This document shows positions 44,731-54,214 of a stretch of DNA of 58,082 nucleotides, piece by piece (positions within the stretch are counted from its first letter, which is position 1; the number at the start of each line of letters is the position of its first letter). The stretch covers positions 1-58,082 of the forward strand of contig JAQVKD010000002.1 of NCBI GenBank assembly GCA_028694805.1, in the 5' to 3' direction. The stretch is from Candidatus Dojkabacteria bacterium. GTDB taxonomy: Bacteria > Patescibacteriota > Dojkabacteria > SC72. A model generated the notes under the pieces. The model did no database searches and was not told the origin of the DNA. It saw only the letters and a program-made list of their open reading frames with translations. The position numbers and the translations under genes were made by a program.

Positions 44731-47100
44731 CTAAGAAGAACTTTTACCTTTTTCAGTAATATAGAAGTTTCTTTTAAACGATGCCAATCCAAGCATCATT
44801 TCTGTTTTAGCTTGCATGTATGGAATAAAACCAAAAGTTAACATATTTATAGTTATAAAGATGATTTCTGCAAAATCCAAAATATGCCTCCACCACTTCC
44901 AATTACTTGGAACAGGTACTATCTTTCTTCTATATATAATCAATGGGATATTAAGAAGAGTAATAAAAGTAAATATTATACTCATAAATTGAGCTAGATT
45001 ATATGAATAAACAGTAAAATTATAACTAGGGTTTATAATTCCCATTAAACCAAGTCCAAAGGTTAACACAAAAGCTATAGATAAATACCATATCTGAGTT
45101 TCAAAAAAATATTCAAATATAGCTAACTTTCTTAAGAATGGAAATCCATCATGATCATTAGCCATTGCAGCATATATTATTGGAACATTTATTCCACCCC
45201 ATCCCCATCTATGTTGCTGTTTATAAAATGACGCATGAGATTTCCAATATGTTTTATTCTGCACAGCATCATTGTATGTTGGGATATATACTTCTTGGCT
45301 TTTAAATGTACCTTTAGTACGAATCATAGCATTACAGTAAAATGCTGTATCATCATTTGCTATTTCTGGATCCCAGAATTTAAATTCTTTCAATCTCTTT
45401 AAATTAACAATATACGAAGAGAATGTATCCCTTATATACATCTCTTCCCCCTTAAATGGTAAAACTTTTTTCTTATCTATAACCCATGAATACAGTAATA
45501 CAAGAGTTAACATATTTGACTGAACCCTAATTATATGAGGAACATCCCATACATTATTTTTAAAAGTATGTAAGGCAGATGCATAGAAATAGTTATCTTT
45601 ATCTTCCCCATTTTCAAAATATTTATATGCTACTGCAGCTAAATATTTCTCATGAGGCCTTAAATCAGAATCACATGTTACTAGAAGATAATCCTCTATA
45701 TTCTCCCCATCTTCTTCTAAATCTTTTACATAATGTCTTGCAGCCCAATTAATATTCCCACCTTTAACTCCAGCCACTTCACCAGGAATACCTGTAGGGT
45801 GAACGTAGTACCTCATACTTCTAAATCTATTCCCGAATTTCTTTTTTAAATACTCAAAATTTTCTTTCTGATATTCTTCTTTTTTCTCTTCCACTGCGAG
45901 AACTACATCTACCTTATCTGCACCTACAGTACTATTTGCGAATGCTTCAAATGAAGGTTCTAATACACTTAAATCTTCTGCATATACAGGACAAAGATAT
46001 GTAAATTTTAGTTTTTCAAATTCTTTAGGATATTCTTTTTTAATCTTACCAATCCAATCAGTTTTGATCTCTTCTTCATATCTCTTATATCCAATTGCTA
46101 TACCCACAACAAACTTTATAGTTCTTACAGACCAATATGCTACTAAAAATGCAATATATATTACAAATATTGTATCTAACTTAAATATTGCAAGGATTAC
46201 AGGTAGAAGGACAAAAACCCAGGTTAAAACACCTACAAATATTTCCCAAAATCTTCTAGATGCCTTACTAACATTTTTGGGATATCCTTGAGATCTGTCA
46301 TCTGGACTATATGGATTTTGATAGTCTATTACACCACCGAGAGGACCATACAACTTCTTAGCTTTTTTATTCATCTTTATACCCAATTCTCTTGTTCTAG
46401 GGTTTTTATAAAGAATTAAGGAGAAATATCCTATTGCTACAGCAAAAAGCTCTTTTATTATTGGTGTATGCCTACCTTTTCTCTTATCATTAAATGTAGC
46501 GCCTATTTTCTTATTTAAAACACCATGTGCATAACCTAATCTATTAAGCTTCTTTACAAGTTCAGTATCTTCCAAAACATCTAATTTTTCATCAAAACCA
46601 CCAACTCTTTCAAAAGGGTCTTTTTTTGCAATTAGAAAAGTAGCGAAATCAAATTTAAATATCTTCCCTATTTTCCTACTTACAAACCATTTTAAAGAAT
46701 TATATATAACCTGAGTTATTTTTGACTGAAAACCATCTTCTTTTGCATCCATTTTAAAATAGCAAGATGCTAAATCAAGATCACTTTTAAGAAATTTATC
46801 ATATATTTCCTTTAAATCCCCAATATCTAAGAAGTATGTATCCGCATCCATAAAGAATAAAGTATCTGAAATTGCTATCTCAGCACCCCTATTTCTACCA
46901 ACAGCAGGCATTCCACCTTTAATTACTTTTACATTATATTTTTCAGCTATTGCTACAGTATTATCCTGAGAATCTGCATCTGCTAATATAACCTCTGCTG
47001 GTTGGACAGTTTGCTCACTAATACTTTCTAACAATTTAGGAAGATGTCTTCCCTCATTTTTAGCAGGTATTATTATCGATACTGGTATTATCTCTTTCAT
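44731..47100 (-). CDS. Fusion of two GT2 modules: an N-terminal GT-A GT2 and a C-terminal membrane-embedded processive synthase-like GT2 (QxxRW)
   Basis: 789 aa. The N-terminal module has VSIIIPAKNEGRHL, ADADSQDNT and FMDADT. Central TM helices follow. The C-terminal module has TCDSDL, ANDDTAF and QQHRWGWGG (QxxRW), followed by more TM helices. Confidence 0.75.
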   Translation of the reverse strand: MKEIIPVSIIIPAKNEGRHLPKLLESISEQTVQPAEVILADADSQDNTVAIAEKYNVKVIKGGMPAVGRNRGAEIAISDTLFFMDADTYFLDIGDLKEIYDKFLKSDLDLASCYFKMDAKEDGFQSKITQVIYNSLKWFVSRKIGKIFKFDFATFLIAKKDPFERVGGFDEKLDVLEDTELVKKLNRLGYAHGVLNKKIGATFNDKRKGRHTPIIKELFAVAIGYFSLILYKNPRTRELGIKMNKKAKKLYGPLGGVIDYQNPYSPDDRSQGYPKNVSKASRRFWEIFVGVLTWVFVLLPVILAIFKLDTIFVIYIAFLVAYWSVRTIKFVVGIAIGYKRYEEEIKTDWIGKIKKEYPKEFEKLKFTYLCPVYAEDLSVLEPSFEAFANSTVGADKVDVVLAVEEKKEEYQKENFEYLKKKFGNRFRSMRYYVHPTGIPGEVAGVKGGNINWAARHYVKDLEEDGENIEDYLLVTCDSDLRPHEKYLAAVAYKYFENGEDKDNYFYASALHTFKNNVWDVPHIIRVQSNMLTLVLLYSWVIDKKKVLPFKGEEMYIRDTFSSYIVNLKRLKEFKFWDPEIANDDTAFYCNAMIRTKGTFKSQEVYIPTYNDAVQNKTYWKSHASFYKQQHRWGWGGINVPIIYAAMANDHDGFPFLRKLAIFEYFFETQIWYLSIAFVLTFGLGLMGIINPSYNFTVYSYNLAQFMSIIFTFITLLNIPLIIYRRKIVPVPSNWKWWRHILDFAEIIFITINMLTFGFIPYMQAKTEMMLGLASFKRNFYITEKGKSSS

Positions 47101-47111
47101 AAAGTTTGTAA

Positions 47112-47720
47112 TTATATCCTTTTTAATATCTTAAGTGTAATCTCTTCAACTTTTTCCTTATTTAATTGTAAAAAGAGGTATCCCAATATTATTACTGTTA
47201 AAACTACACCAACCACCTTATATATCCCATATCCTTCTAAGAATGTCTCAGTTGAAAGACCTAAAAAATATCCAGAGATAAGTATAGTCAAATCTTTAAT
47301 TAAGCAGATCACTATTGTCCAAAAAACAAATTTTTTAGGTTTTAAAGATTGATATTTACCTATTAATATTAAGCTAGGAACTGCAATAACGCCTACAGTT
47401 TTAATAAAAGCAAGAGCTTTTACAGGACTCTTTTTAAGTAATTCCTTAACATTTGTTAAGAATTCTCCTTTGTCATATTTAGAAATTCTCTTTTGTAATT
47501 TAGTTTCAGATAACGTTTTTCCTATATAGTAATAAAATAAATCTGCACCTATTTCTCCTAATATTAATAGAGCTGCTACTATATATATATTTAATTTCCC
47601 AGCAGCAGCTAACATAGCAGATATAAAACCAGCGTTTGGTCCTTCTATTAAATAGACAAAGAAAAGAATTATATATTTACTTTCTTCTGCAAGATTAATT
47701 ATAAGATTTAGGAGTTTCAT
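47112..47720 (-). CDS. DedA/VTT-domain family membrane protein
   Basis: 202 aa with 4-5 TM. The pattern FFVYLIEGPNAGFISAMLAAAG...ADLFYYYIGK fits the DedA/SNARE-associated family. Confidence 0.65.
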   Translation of the reverse strand: MKLLNLIINLAEESKYIILFFVYLIEGPNAGFISAMLAAAGKLNIYIVAALLILGEIGADLFYYYIGKTLSETKLQKRISKYDKGEFLTNVKELLKKSPVKALAFIKTVGVIAVPSLILIGKYQSLKPKKFVFWTIVICLIKDLTILISGYFLGLSTETFLEGYGIYKVVGVVLTVIILGYLFLQLNKEKVEEITLKILKRI

Positions 47721-47754
47721 AAAATTTGTAGTTCAATATACCAAATTTTGTAAC

Positions 47755-47844
47755 TGGCGGAGAGGAAGGGATTCGAACCCCCGGTACAGAAACCTGTACA
47801 ACGGTTTTCAAGACCGTCCCATTCGACCACTCTGGCACCTCTCC
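47755..47844 (-). tRNA. tRNA-Ser (anticodon TGA), class II, CCA encoded
   Basis: The reverse complement is GGAGAGG TG CCAGAGTGGTCGAATGGG ACGGT CTTGAAA ACCGT TGTACAGGTTTCTGTACC GGGGG TTCGAAT CCCTT CCTCTCC G CCA. Confidence 0.9.
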
Positions 47845-47933
47845 AAGCCCAATATTATACTATATACTATTATATACTTTCTATTTTTCACAACTAATAT
47901 ATAATGTATATAATAAAATATTAGATAAAACAG

Positions 47934-49019
47934 ATGGAAAATAAAAAGTATTTTAAAGACAAAAAATCTAAATTAATATTCGGAATATTCGCTGGTGTGA
48001 TATTTGGACTAGCACTATTCGTAGCAAGTCCATATATAAATACAATAATATTAGCTGTAATTGTCTCATATATACTCCAACCTATTTACAAATTCCTAAC
48101 AAAGAAATTAAAAACTAAAAAGATAAGTGCCAGTATACTATCTACTGCATTAACTGTACTTTTTACATTAGTAATTGGAGCATTACTAATTGTAGCTGTA
48201 GTTAATATAGCATCTATTGTTTTAGAACAAGTAAATAACCTAAGAGTAGAAAATAATACTACAGTTGAAGATTTAAAAAATGCATTAACCTGGTTTAATA
48301 ATCAAATGCAGATCTTGAACATACCCGTTGAGATAACACTACAAGAAATAATCACTAACATTAAAAATTCTGTTTCTACTATAGCTAACAATGTTCTATC
48401 AGCAGCGACCTCCATTAGCAGTTTCTCTATTGATGCGTTATTTAAACTAACAATATTTTATGGATTAACATATACCATCATTCCACATTTCGATAAAATC
48501 ATTAATTTTATTAAAAATATTATTCCATTTGATAAAGAAATTACATCACTATATATAGATCGAACACTTAAAACAGCTAAAGCTATGGTTTGGGGAATGT
48601 TATTAGTTGCCCTGGGACAGAGCTTAATAGCTGGGATCATACTATATATATTAGGAACTCCATATTTATTTGTAATAATGATTTTATTAGTACTATTCTC
48701 TTTTGTCCCTCTCCTAGGTACGGGAATGATAACCCTTCCAATCGCTGCAATATTTATAGTTGGAGGACAGGTATGGAAAGGTATAATACTTGCTCTATTC
48801 CAGATAATAGTAATAGGAAATGTAGATGGGATACTTAGAGCAAAATTAATTCCAAAAGATGTACGCATGCCAATATTTGTTAGCTTCATAGCTATATTTG
48901 GAGGTTTAGCACTATGGGGGATCTGGGGATTAATATATGGTCCTGTAGGATTCATATTACTTATGACCACAATAGAAGTAATACAAAAGTACTATATACC
49001 AAGCACTAAAAAAGCTTAA
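47934..49019 (+). CDS. AI-2E family transporter (PerM/UPF0118)
   Basis: 361 aa with ~8 TM. The family-typical C-terminal half is FVPLLGTGMITLPIAAIF...GLIYGPV. Confidence 0.75.
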   Translation: MENKKYFKDKKSKLIFGIFAGVIFGLALFVASPYINTIILAVIVSYILQPIYKFLTKKLKTKKISASILSTALTVLFTLVIGALLIVAVVNIASIVLEQVNNLRVENNTTVEDLKNALTWFNNQMQILNIPVEITLQEIITNIKNSVSTIANNVLSAATSISSFSIDALFKLTIFYGLTYTIIPHFDKIINFIKNIIPFDKEITSLYIDRTLKTAKAMVWGMLLVALGQSLIAGIILYILGTPYLFVIMILLVLFSFVPLLGTGMITLPIAAIFIVGGQVWKGIILALFQIIVIGNVDGILRAKLIPKDVRMPIFVSFIAIFGGLALWGIWGLIYGPVGFILLMTTIEVIQKYYIPSTKKA

Positions 49020-49021
49020 CT

Positions 49022-50221
49022 ATGAAAAATAGAACTGTCCTAATTACAATATGGATCTGTATATTTACAATACTGTTTCCTGTCTACTCTACTATCGCAG
49101 AAGAATTAGATTCTACAAATTATAAAATTGTAGATATTACAACTCAAGGTGGTGGAACCGCAGAGAGTACAAACTACTCTACTCTGCTTACTATAAATGA
49201 CACCATAACTGATCCAAGAATATATTCAACAAGTTATAAAGTTACTGCAGATCCGGCGAGTGCATTTAGACCAGCAATTGCAGAAGTAAGCTGTTTTGAA
49301 ACTACAACAGATGGATACAGTAACTGTACAACAGGGCCATCAGAATTAACTACTGGTGGTATGGTAGCTATATGTGGAGATGGTGGTTGCTATGACAGAG
49401 CAAGATTTGAAATAGATACAAATGATAATCCAACAGATACACTTTATGCCATACAGATATCAGAAGATAATTTCTCGTCTGATATCAGATATATAGATGG
49501 ATCAACATATGAACCAGAGACATATAGCTCACATAATATCAACGACTTCAGAACAAAAACTCAATGGGAAACAGATACATTTAACGTCTTAGGATTAGAC
49601 CAAGCAACACAATACTACATTCGTATAATTGCACTACATGGAGATTTTACAGAAACAGAAGAAGGACCATCACAGACAGCTACAACTGCAGGGACATCAT
49701 CATCTTTCGATATAGATATCGCAGGAACAGGAGGAATTTCAACAGAAACAGATCCTCCATTTACAATATCATTTACAGGAACAAACTCTATACTCGCAGG
49801 TGCAGGTACAGTTACTGCAGATAATTTAATCTGGATGGATGCAGAGACTAATGGTGCAGGAGGTTTTGCTATTGTTCAGAAAGGTACGAATGGTGGCTTA
49901 TACAGTACCACTAGATCTGCACAAATAGACTCTGTCACAGGAGATTTAGATTCACTGAGTGAAGGATTTGGTTTGCAAAGTTACTACCTTGATTACGATA
50001 CAGGTTCGGGTTTAGGAAGTATAACTGCGCAAACGAACTACAGTGGATCTGGTGCTAATGTAGGTATAGTAGATACGGACTGGAATAAAGTATATGATGG
50101 AGATGGCCCGATTGTTGCTGGTAGAATGGCATTATATGTAATGGCAAGAGCAGGTACAGATAAGCTCGGGGCAACAGACTATGATGAGACTATAACTTTT
50201 ATATTCGTTCCTAGGTATTAA
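49022..50221 (+). CDS. Secreted Thr/Gly/Ser-rich surface protein with an FN3-like module and a conserved C-terminal beta-domain (paralogous to the C-terminus of 50336)
   Basis: It has a signal peptide and a duplicated S-T-N-Y motif (LDSTNYKIV...AESTNYSTLL). The FN3-like segment is YAIQISEDNF...QYYIRIIALHGDFTE. The C-terminal domain contains GLYS..IDS..GDLDSLSEGFGLQ and ends ATDYDETITFIFVPRY. Confidence 0.6.
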   Translation: MKNRTVLITIWICIFTILFPVYSTIAEELDSTNYKIVDITTQGGGTAESTNYSTLLTINDTITDPRIYSTSYKVTADPASAFRPAIAEVSCFETTTDGYSNCTTGPSELTTGGMVAICGDGGCYDRARFEIDTNDNPTDTLYAIQISEDNFSSDIRYIDGSTYEPETYSSHNINDFRTKTQWETDTFNVLGLDQATQYYIRIIALHGDFTETEEGPSQTATTAGTSSSFDIDIAGTGGISTETDPPFTISFTGTNSILAGAGTVTADNLIWMDAETNGAGGFAIVQKGTNGGLYSTTRSAQIDSVTGDLDSLSEGFGLQSYYLDYDTGSGLGSITAQTNYSGSGANVGIVDTDWNKVYDGDGPIVAGRMALYVMARAGTDKLGATDYDETITFIFVPRY

Positions 50222-50335
50222 GATTGTAAAAATACTTGACATTATTGACATGAAATGAATATTATAATATACATTATATAAAGAATAGGCCTTTTATATA
50301 TTTAAGTTTTGGCCATAAATTTAGAAACTGCCTTA

Positions 50336-51481
50336 ATGAAAAGATTTTTAAAGAGACTCGGTTATATCTTCCTAATACCTTTAGTTGTTATCACTATACT
50401 TTTATTGCCTGTACATCAATCTTTTGGTGCCCCACTTTCTTACACTTATGTTACTCTCAGTAGGATTAAAGGTGGGCTAACCTCTACTGCTAATTTAGAA
50501 ATATATATTGCCTTTACTCCTTCAGCAAATCTTTTAGGAACTGATACTATAACCTTAGATATGGAATTCCCCGATGGAGATGATGGTCTATGGTGTCGCG
50601 TAGCAGGATCTGATTTAACGGTATCTGGAGTTCCCTCAACCCCTGCAGATTCAACAGGAAACTACGTAGTGGGTTCTTCACTACCAGCACAAACAGCATT
50701 AACCGCATCTTGCTCACAAGGAAGTGGTGCAGGAAGTGTAGATACAATAACAATCGGAGATATTGATGATTTGACCGCAGGAGTAACTTACGGTGTTAAA
50801 ATATCAAATGGTTCTACAGCAAAATTAGGTACAGCTACTTCTGGTCAAAAAGTTGTAACTTTATCATTAGACTCTAATGATGCCGGTGGAGATCCTGCAC
50901 AATCAAAATCATTTGCCTTAAGTCTTGTTGATGACGATCAGGTTGTCGTATCTGCTGAAGTTGTAGCTGTTGGTACAGTAACATGTACAATTCTTGGTGG
51001 CAATACTGTTGATTTAGGAAGTTTGTACCAAGGTGCTTCCTATACTACGGGAACACATGATATAAGGACTTCGACTTCTGGATCTGCTGCTGGTTATTAT
51101 TGGGCTGTATATGGTTATGGGAATGGGTCTAGTGGTGATGCAGGATTGTATAACTCAAGTGGAGCTACTGATATTCTAGAATCTACTGGAAGTGGAACAA
51201 TAGATTTAACAGGACCAGGATCAGAAGGTTTTGGTATGACGGCATCTGATCCAGATGGTGGTGATCCCGCTGTTGTTGAATTAGATTTCCGAGATACAAC
51301 ACCTGGAGTATTTGGGGCCTTAGATAGAACAGCTGATAATGCACAGATTTTCCTATACCAAATTGGTGCTCAAACTACCTCTGAGGATTCTACTATTACA
51401 TATGGAGCGAGAGCTGGAACAAGTGCATTAGCTGGTAATTATGAAGAAACTGTTACATTTATTTGTGGTGGTTACTACTAA
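50336..51481 (+). CDS. Secreted Gly/Ser/Thr-rich surface protein sharing its C-terminal domain with 49022
   Basis: The start is taken at ATG 50336 (MKRFLKRLGYIFLIPLVVITILLLPVHQSFGA signal); the ORF track starts at a TTG at 50309. The C-terminal domain contains GLYNSSGATDILESTGSGTIDLTGPGSEGFGMT and ends LAGNYEETVTFICGGYY. Confidence 0.6.
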   Translation: MKRFLKRLGYIFLIPLVVITILLLPVHQSFGAPLSYTYVTLSRIKGGLTSTANLEIYIAFTPSANLLGTDTITLDMEFPDGDDGLWCRVAGSDLTVSGVPSTPADSTGNYVVGSSLPAQTALTASCSQGSGAGSVDTITIGDIDDLTAGVTYGVKISNGSTAKLGTATSGQKVVTLSLDSNDAGGDPAQSKSFALSLVDDDQVVVSAEVVAVGTVTCTILGGNTVDLGSLYQGASYTTGTHDIRTSTSGSAAGYYWAVYGYGNGSSGDAGLYNSSGATDILESTGSGTIDLTGPGSEGFGMTASDPDGGDPAVVELDFRDTTPGVFGALDRTADNAQIFLYQIGAQTTSEDSTITYGARAGTSALAGNYEETVTFICGGYY

Positions 51482-51506
51482 AAAAAGAGTGTATAATTGA
51501 TACAAC

Positions 51507-52487
51507 ATGAGAAAAAATATCTACTTACTAGCAACATTGTTTTTTTTACTTGCCATATTCTTCTCAAAAAACGCTTACGCAAAATCCCTTTCAATTGGTA
51601 CTGCTCCAACATATGAAATGTTTCAATTAGAACCAGGACAAATCTATTATGATAATTTCACAGTATGGAATTTAGAAACTTCTACAATAACCTATTATGT
51701 AAAAGTAAGTAGTTTTAGGCAAATACAAAATCAGCCAGGATCTGCAATATTTCTATCCGAAGAAGATGATGAAAACAATCCCTACTCCGCAAGTACTTGG
51801 GTATCTGTAGAAAAAGATATGCTAGAACTTGTTCCCAACAAGAACGTGACTGTAGAATACACAATTACAGTACCTAAAGAATTAGCCCCAGGGGAGTATA
51901 CAGCAGAAATATATTTTTTATCTGAAAATCCAGAAGAACAAGATGCAACAGCTACATATACCGTCTTAGGATCAGGCATTCCCATACTCATAACAATTGG
52001 AGATGATTATGCAGAAAGTGCAGAGATATTAAATTTCTATTCTACTAAGAAAGTATATGAAAAACCAAACTTTACAACTCTTATTACTCGTATTCAAAAT
52101 CTTGGAGATACACATATAACCCCAAAAGGAGACATAGTTTTAACAAACATGTTTAACCAAGAGGTGGGAAGAATTTCTTTTAATGAAACTGATCAAAGTA
52201 TTCTTAGAGATAATACAGGGACATATGAAAGTAATTGGGATTTAGAAAAATATATTAATGATGGAGCAATTGCAATAGGACCAATAACAGCAGAAGCTAT
52301 TATCCTATATCGTAGAAATAATCCTGGATTTTCGGTTCTAGATGTCACAACAACATTTTGGATAATCCCATGGAAGTTGATAATACTAATACTAACTGTA
52401 ATAATAGTCATATATGTCATCCTTACACTTAAAAAGAAAAAGCAAAAAAAGACAGTTAATAATAATGGCTATCACTATCCTCGCTAG
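51507..52487 (+). CDS. Signal-peptide and C-terminal-TM anchored surface protein, DUF916/DUF3324 (WxL-interacting protein)-like
   Basis: The signal is ...FFSKNAYA|K. It has two Ig-like halves (LEPGQIYYDNFTVWN..., ELAPGEYTAEIYF, and ITRIQNLGDTHITPKGDIVL). The terminal TM is followed by KKKKQKK. Confidence 0.55.
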   Translation: MRKNIYLLATLFFLLAIFFSKNAYAKSLSIGTAPTYEMFQLEPGQIYYDNFTVWNLETSTITYYVKVSSFRQIQNQPGSAIFLSEEDDENNPYSASTWVSVEKDMLELVPNKNVTVEYTITVPKELAPGEYTAEIYFLSENPEEQDATATYTVLGSGIPILITIGDDYAESAEILNFYSTKKVYEKPNFTTLITRIQNLGDTHITPKGDIVLTNMFNQEVGRISFNETDQSILRDNTGTYESNWDLEKYINDGAIAIGPITAEAIILYRRNNPGFSVLDVTTTFWIIPWKLIILILTVIIVIYVILTLKKKKQKKTVNNNGYHYPR

Positions 52488-53349
52488 CCTACTCTTCTTT
52501 CCTCAAAATATATATGCTGAAACAATATCTCCATCTTTAACAGAAGACACATTAGCTGTTGGAGAAACTAGTGAACACAGTTTAGAGTTTACAAATGATA
52601 ATGGCTATGACATATTTATAACCCCAAAACTATACAAATATTACCCACAATCAGAATATGTATTAGATCTAGAATCATATGAAGAAATTGTAGAAATAGA
52701 CAATGATTATATACCAATACCTGCTAATACAACATCCACTATACATTTCAAAATTAAAGCCTCAGAAGCATTAGATCCTGGTACATACTACAATCTAATA
52801 GTATTTGAACAAACAGGAACACAAAAAGAAGATTCTACAATTGGAGCAAGTGAGGCCATATCTCACTTAGTAAAATTAAATATCGTAGATAATCCAGATT
52901 TGGAAATAATTACCGATGATTATGATACAAACATTGAAGTTATAAGTAGAGGAATTCCCTTTATAAAGCCTGCTATTTTAAAAGTAACTTTCTATAATAA
53001 TTCCCCATATACATTAATACCTACAGGAGAAATACAAGTCATTAAAAAAAGTGGAGACAAAGAACCAGAATATATAAAAATAAATATGGATAGAATGCCT
53101 GTATATCCAGAACAATCATTTGAAAAAGAGTATGAGGTTGAAAATTGGTATTTAGAAGATATCGTCTTTGGTAAAACAGCCTATATGTATCTTCAAAATG
53201 GATTAGACGATACTACTGTTACAGCAGTAATAGAGATTCCAGGATTCTTAAATGAATTTCTATATATCCTAGGAATAAGTACAATACTAATTCTTTTAAT
53301 ACAATCTATTAAAAAAGATTCTAAACCAAAGCAAAAATCTTCTGACTAG
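52465..53349 (+). CDS. Paralogue of 51507: signal-peptide and C-terminal-TM anchored DUF916/DUF3324-like surface protein
   Basis: The start is taken at ATG 52465 (MAITILASLLFFPQNIYA|E) and overlaps the upstream stop by 23 nt. ALDPGTYYNLIVF and KVTFYNNSPYTLIPTGEIQV are present. The terminal TM is followed by a basic tail. Confidence 0.55.
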   Translation: MAITILASLLFFPQNIYAETISPSLTEDTLAVGETSEHSLEFTNDNGYDIFITPKLYKYYPQSEYVLDLESYEEIVEIDNDYIPIPANTTSTIHFKIKASEALDPGTYYNLIVFEQTGTQKEDSTIGASEAISHLVKLNIVDNPDLEIITDDYDTNIEVISRGIPFIKPAILKVTFYNNSPYTLIPTGEIQVIKKSGDKEPEYIKINMDRMPVYPEQSFEKEYEVENWYLEDIVFGKTAYMYLQNGLDDTTVTAVIEIPGFLNEFLYILGISTILILLIQSIKKDSKPKQKSSD

Positions 53350-54214
53350 TCCTAAAACTTACCTTTGCGACCTTTCTTAACTCTTCTCTACCATACTTCT
53401 GAACAAACTCTATACCAGAATTTATTACATCCGAAGCGCCTTTAGGAAAACTAAATCCATACTCTTCATTCATTTTCTTAAACTCTTCTAAGAATATTCC
53501 TCTTGCAATTATAGAAGCTGCAGCTACAGCTATATCAGACTCCCCTTTATGAAATTGATTTACATTTACTTTTCTACCTAGCTCTCCCAATTCATTCAGA
53601 ATTCTACTCTTAGAAGATGCAAATTGATCAATTACTACACTCTCACATGGTATATTCTTATTCTTCAAATCTTCTAACCCCATCTCTATACACTTACTAT
53701 GTTGTTTAGCCAAAAGTATTGACACATTACCCTCCTTATTAACCAAATCATTGTATTCTGATGGATGAACTATTGATGGATAGTAATATGGATAATCTTT
53801 TACATGATTATAAAGTTCCTTTATTTTTTTATCAGTAAACTTTTTAGAATCATCAAATCCTAAATATGATAGTTTATCTGCAAATTCATTGTTAACATAA
53901 CAGGCAACAACAATTAATGGACCAAAATAATCACCCTTACCAACTTCGTCTACACCCAAATGTGGCTGTATAAATTCATTTTCCCCCCGACTACCTTGTA
54001 TATGAGAAATAACCTCTGTAAAACTCTCTCCACCCTGAAAAACTAATTTACCACTACTATACAAAGTTGCCACAGATCCATTTGGAGATGTAAATGCATT
54101 CAATACATATTCATTATTAATCTCTTTTAGAATCCAACCTAAAGCATTCATAACATCAGAGAATTCTTTAACTTCTTTATCATTTAGTTTTATAGAAACT
54201 GTATTTTGTGTCAT
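53321..54214 (-). CDS. rnhC: Ribonuclease HIII
   Basis: It has an N-terminal TBP-like domain (ATLYSSGKLVFQGG) and the catalytic LGVDEVGKGDYFGPLIVVA. 297 aa. It converges on, and overlaps, the 52465 ORF by 29 nt. Confidence 0.8.
   Translation of the reverse strand: MTQNTVSIKLNDKEVKEFSDVMNALGWILKEINNEYVLNAFTSPNGSVATLYSSGKLVFQGGESFTEVISHIQGSRGENEFIQPHLGVDEVGKGDYFGPLIVVACYVNNEFADKLSYLGFDDSKKFTDKKIKELYNHVKDYPYYYPSIVHPSEYNDLVNKEGNVSILLAKQHSKCIEMGLEDLKNKNIPCESVVIDQFASSKSRILNELGELGRKVNVNQFHKGESDIAVAAASIIARGIFLEEFKKMNEEYGFSFPKGASDVINSGIEFVQKYGREELRKVAKVSFRTSQKIFALV

Noticed and set aside
48458-48970. Long antisense or shadow ORFs in the track, for example 48458-48970, 11396-11824, 15816-16190, 32855-33223, 54803-55144, 3799-4137 and 1372-1644.
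   Set aside because: Each lies entirely within, and opposite or out of frame to, a gene with clear family motifs. Their translations are low-complexity Ser/Ile/Phe/Leu-rich strings, as expected from the complement of AT-rich coding sequence.
50222-50335. Tandem TTGACA hexamers (ACTTGACATTATTGACA) followed by TATAAT upstream of 50336, as a strong promoter.
   Set aside because: The spacings to TATAAT are 12 and 21 nt, and neither is compatible with a canonical sigma70 promoter. A promoter is plausible here, but I cannot place it confidently.
53321-53349. Convergent 3' overlaps of genes: 52465-53349 with rnhC, 36390-38225 with the AMP phosphorylase gene, and the sortase with ORF 2052-3011.
   Set aside because: Overlaps of 4-29 nt are ordinary consequences of genome compaction in small AT-rich genomes, and no additional structure is evident.
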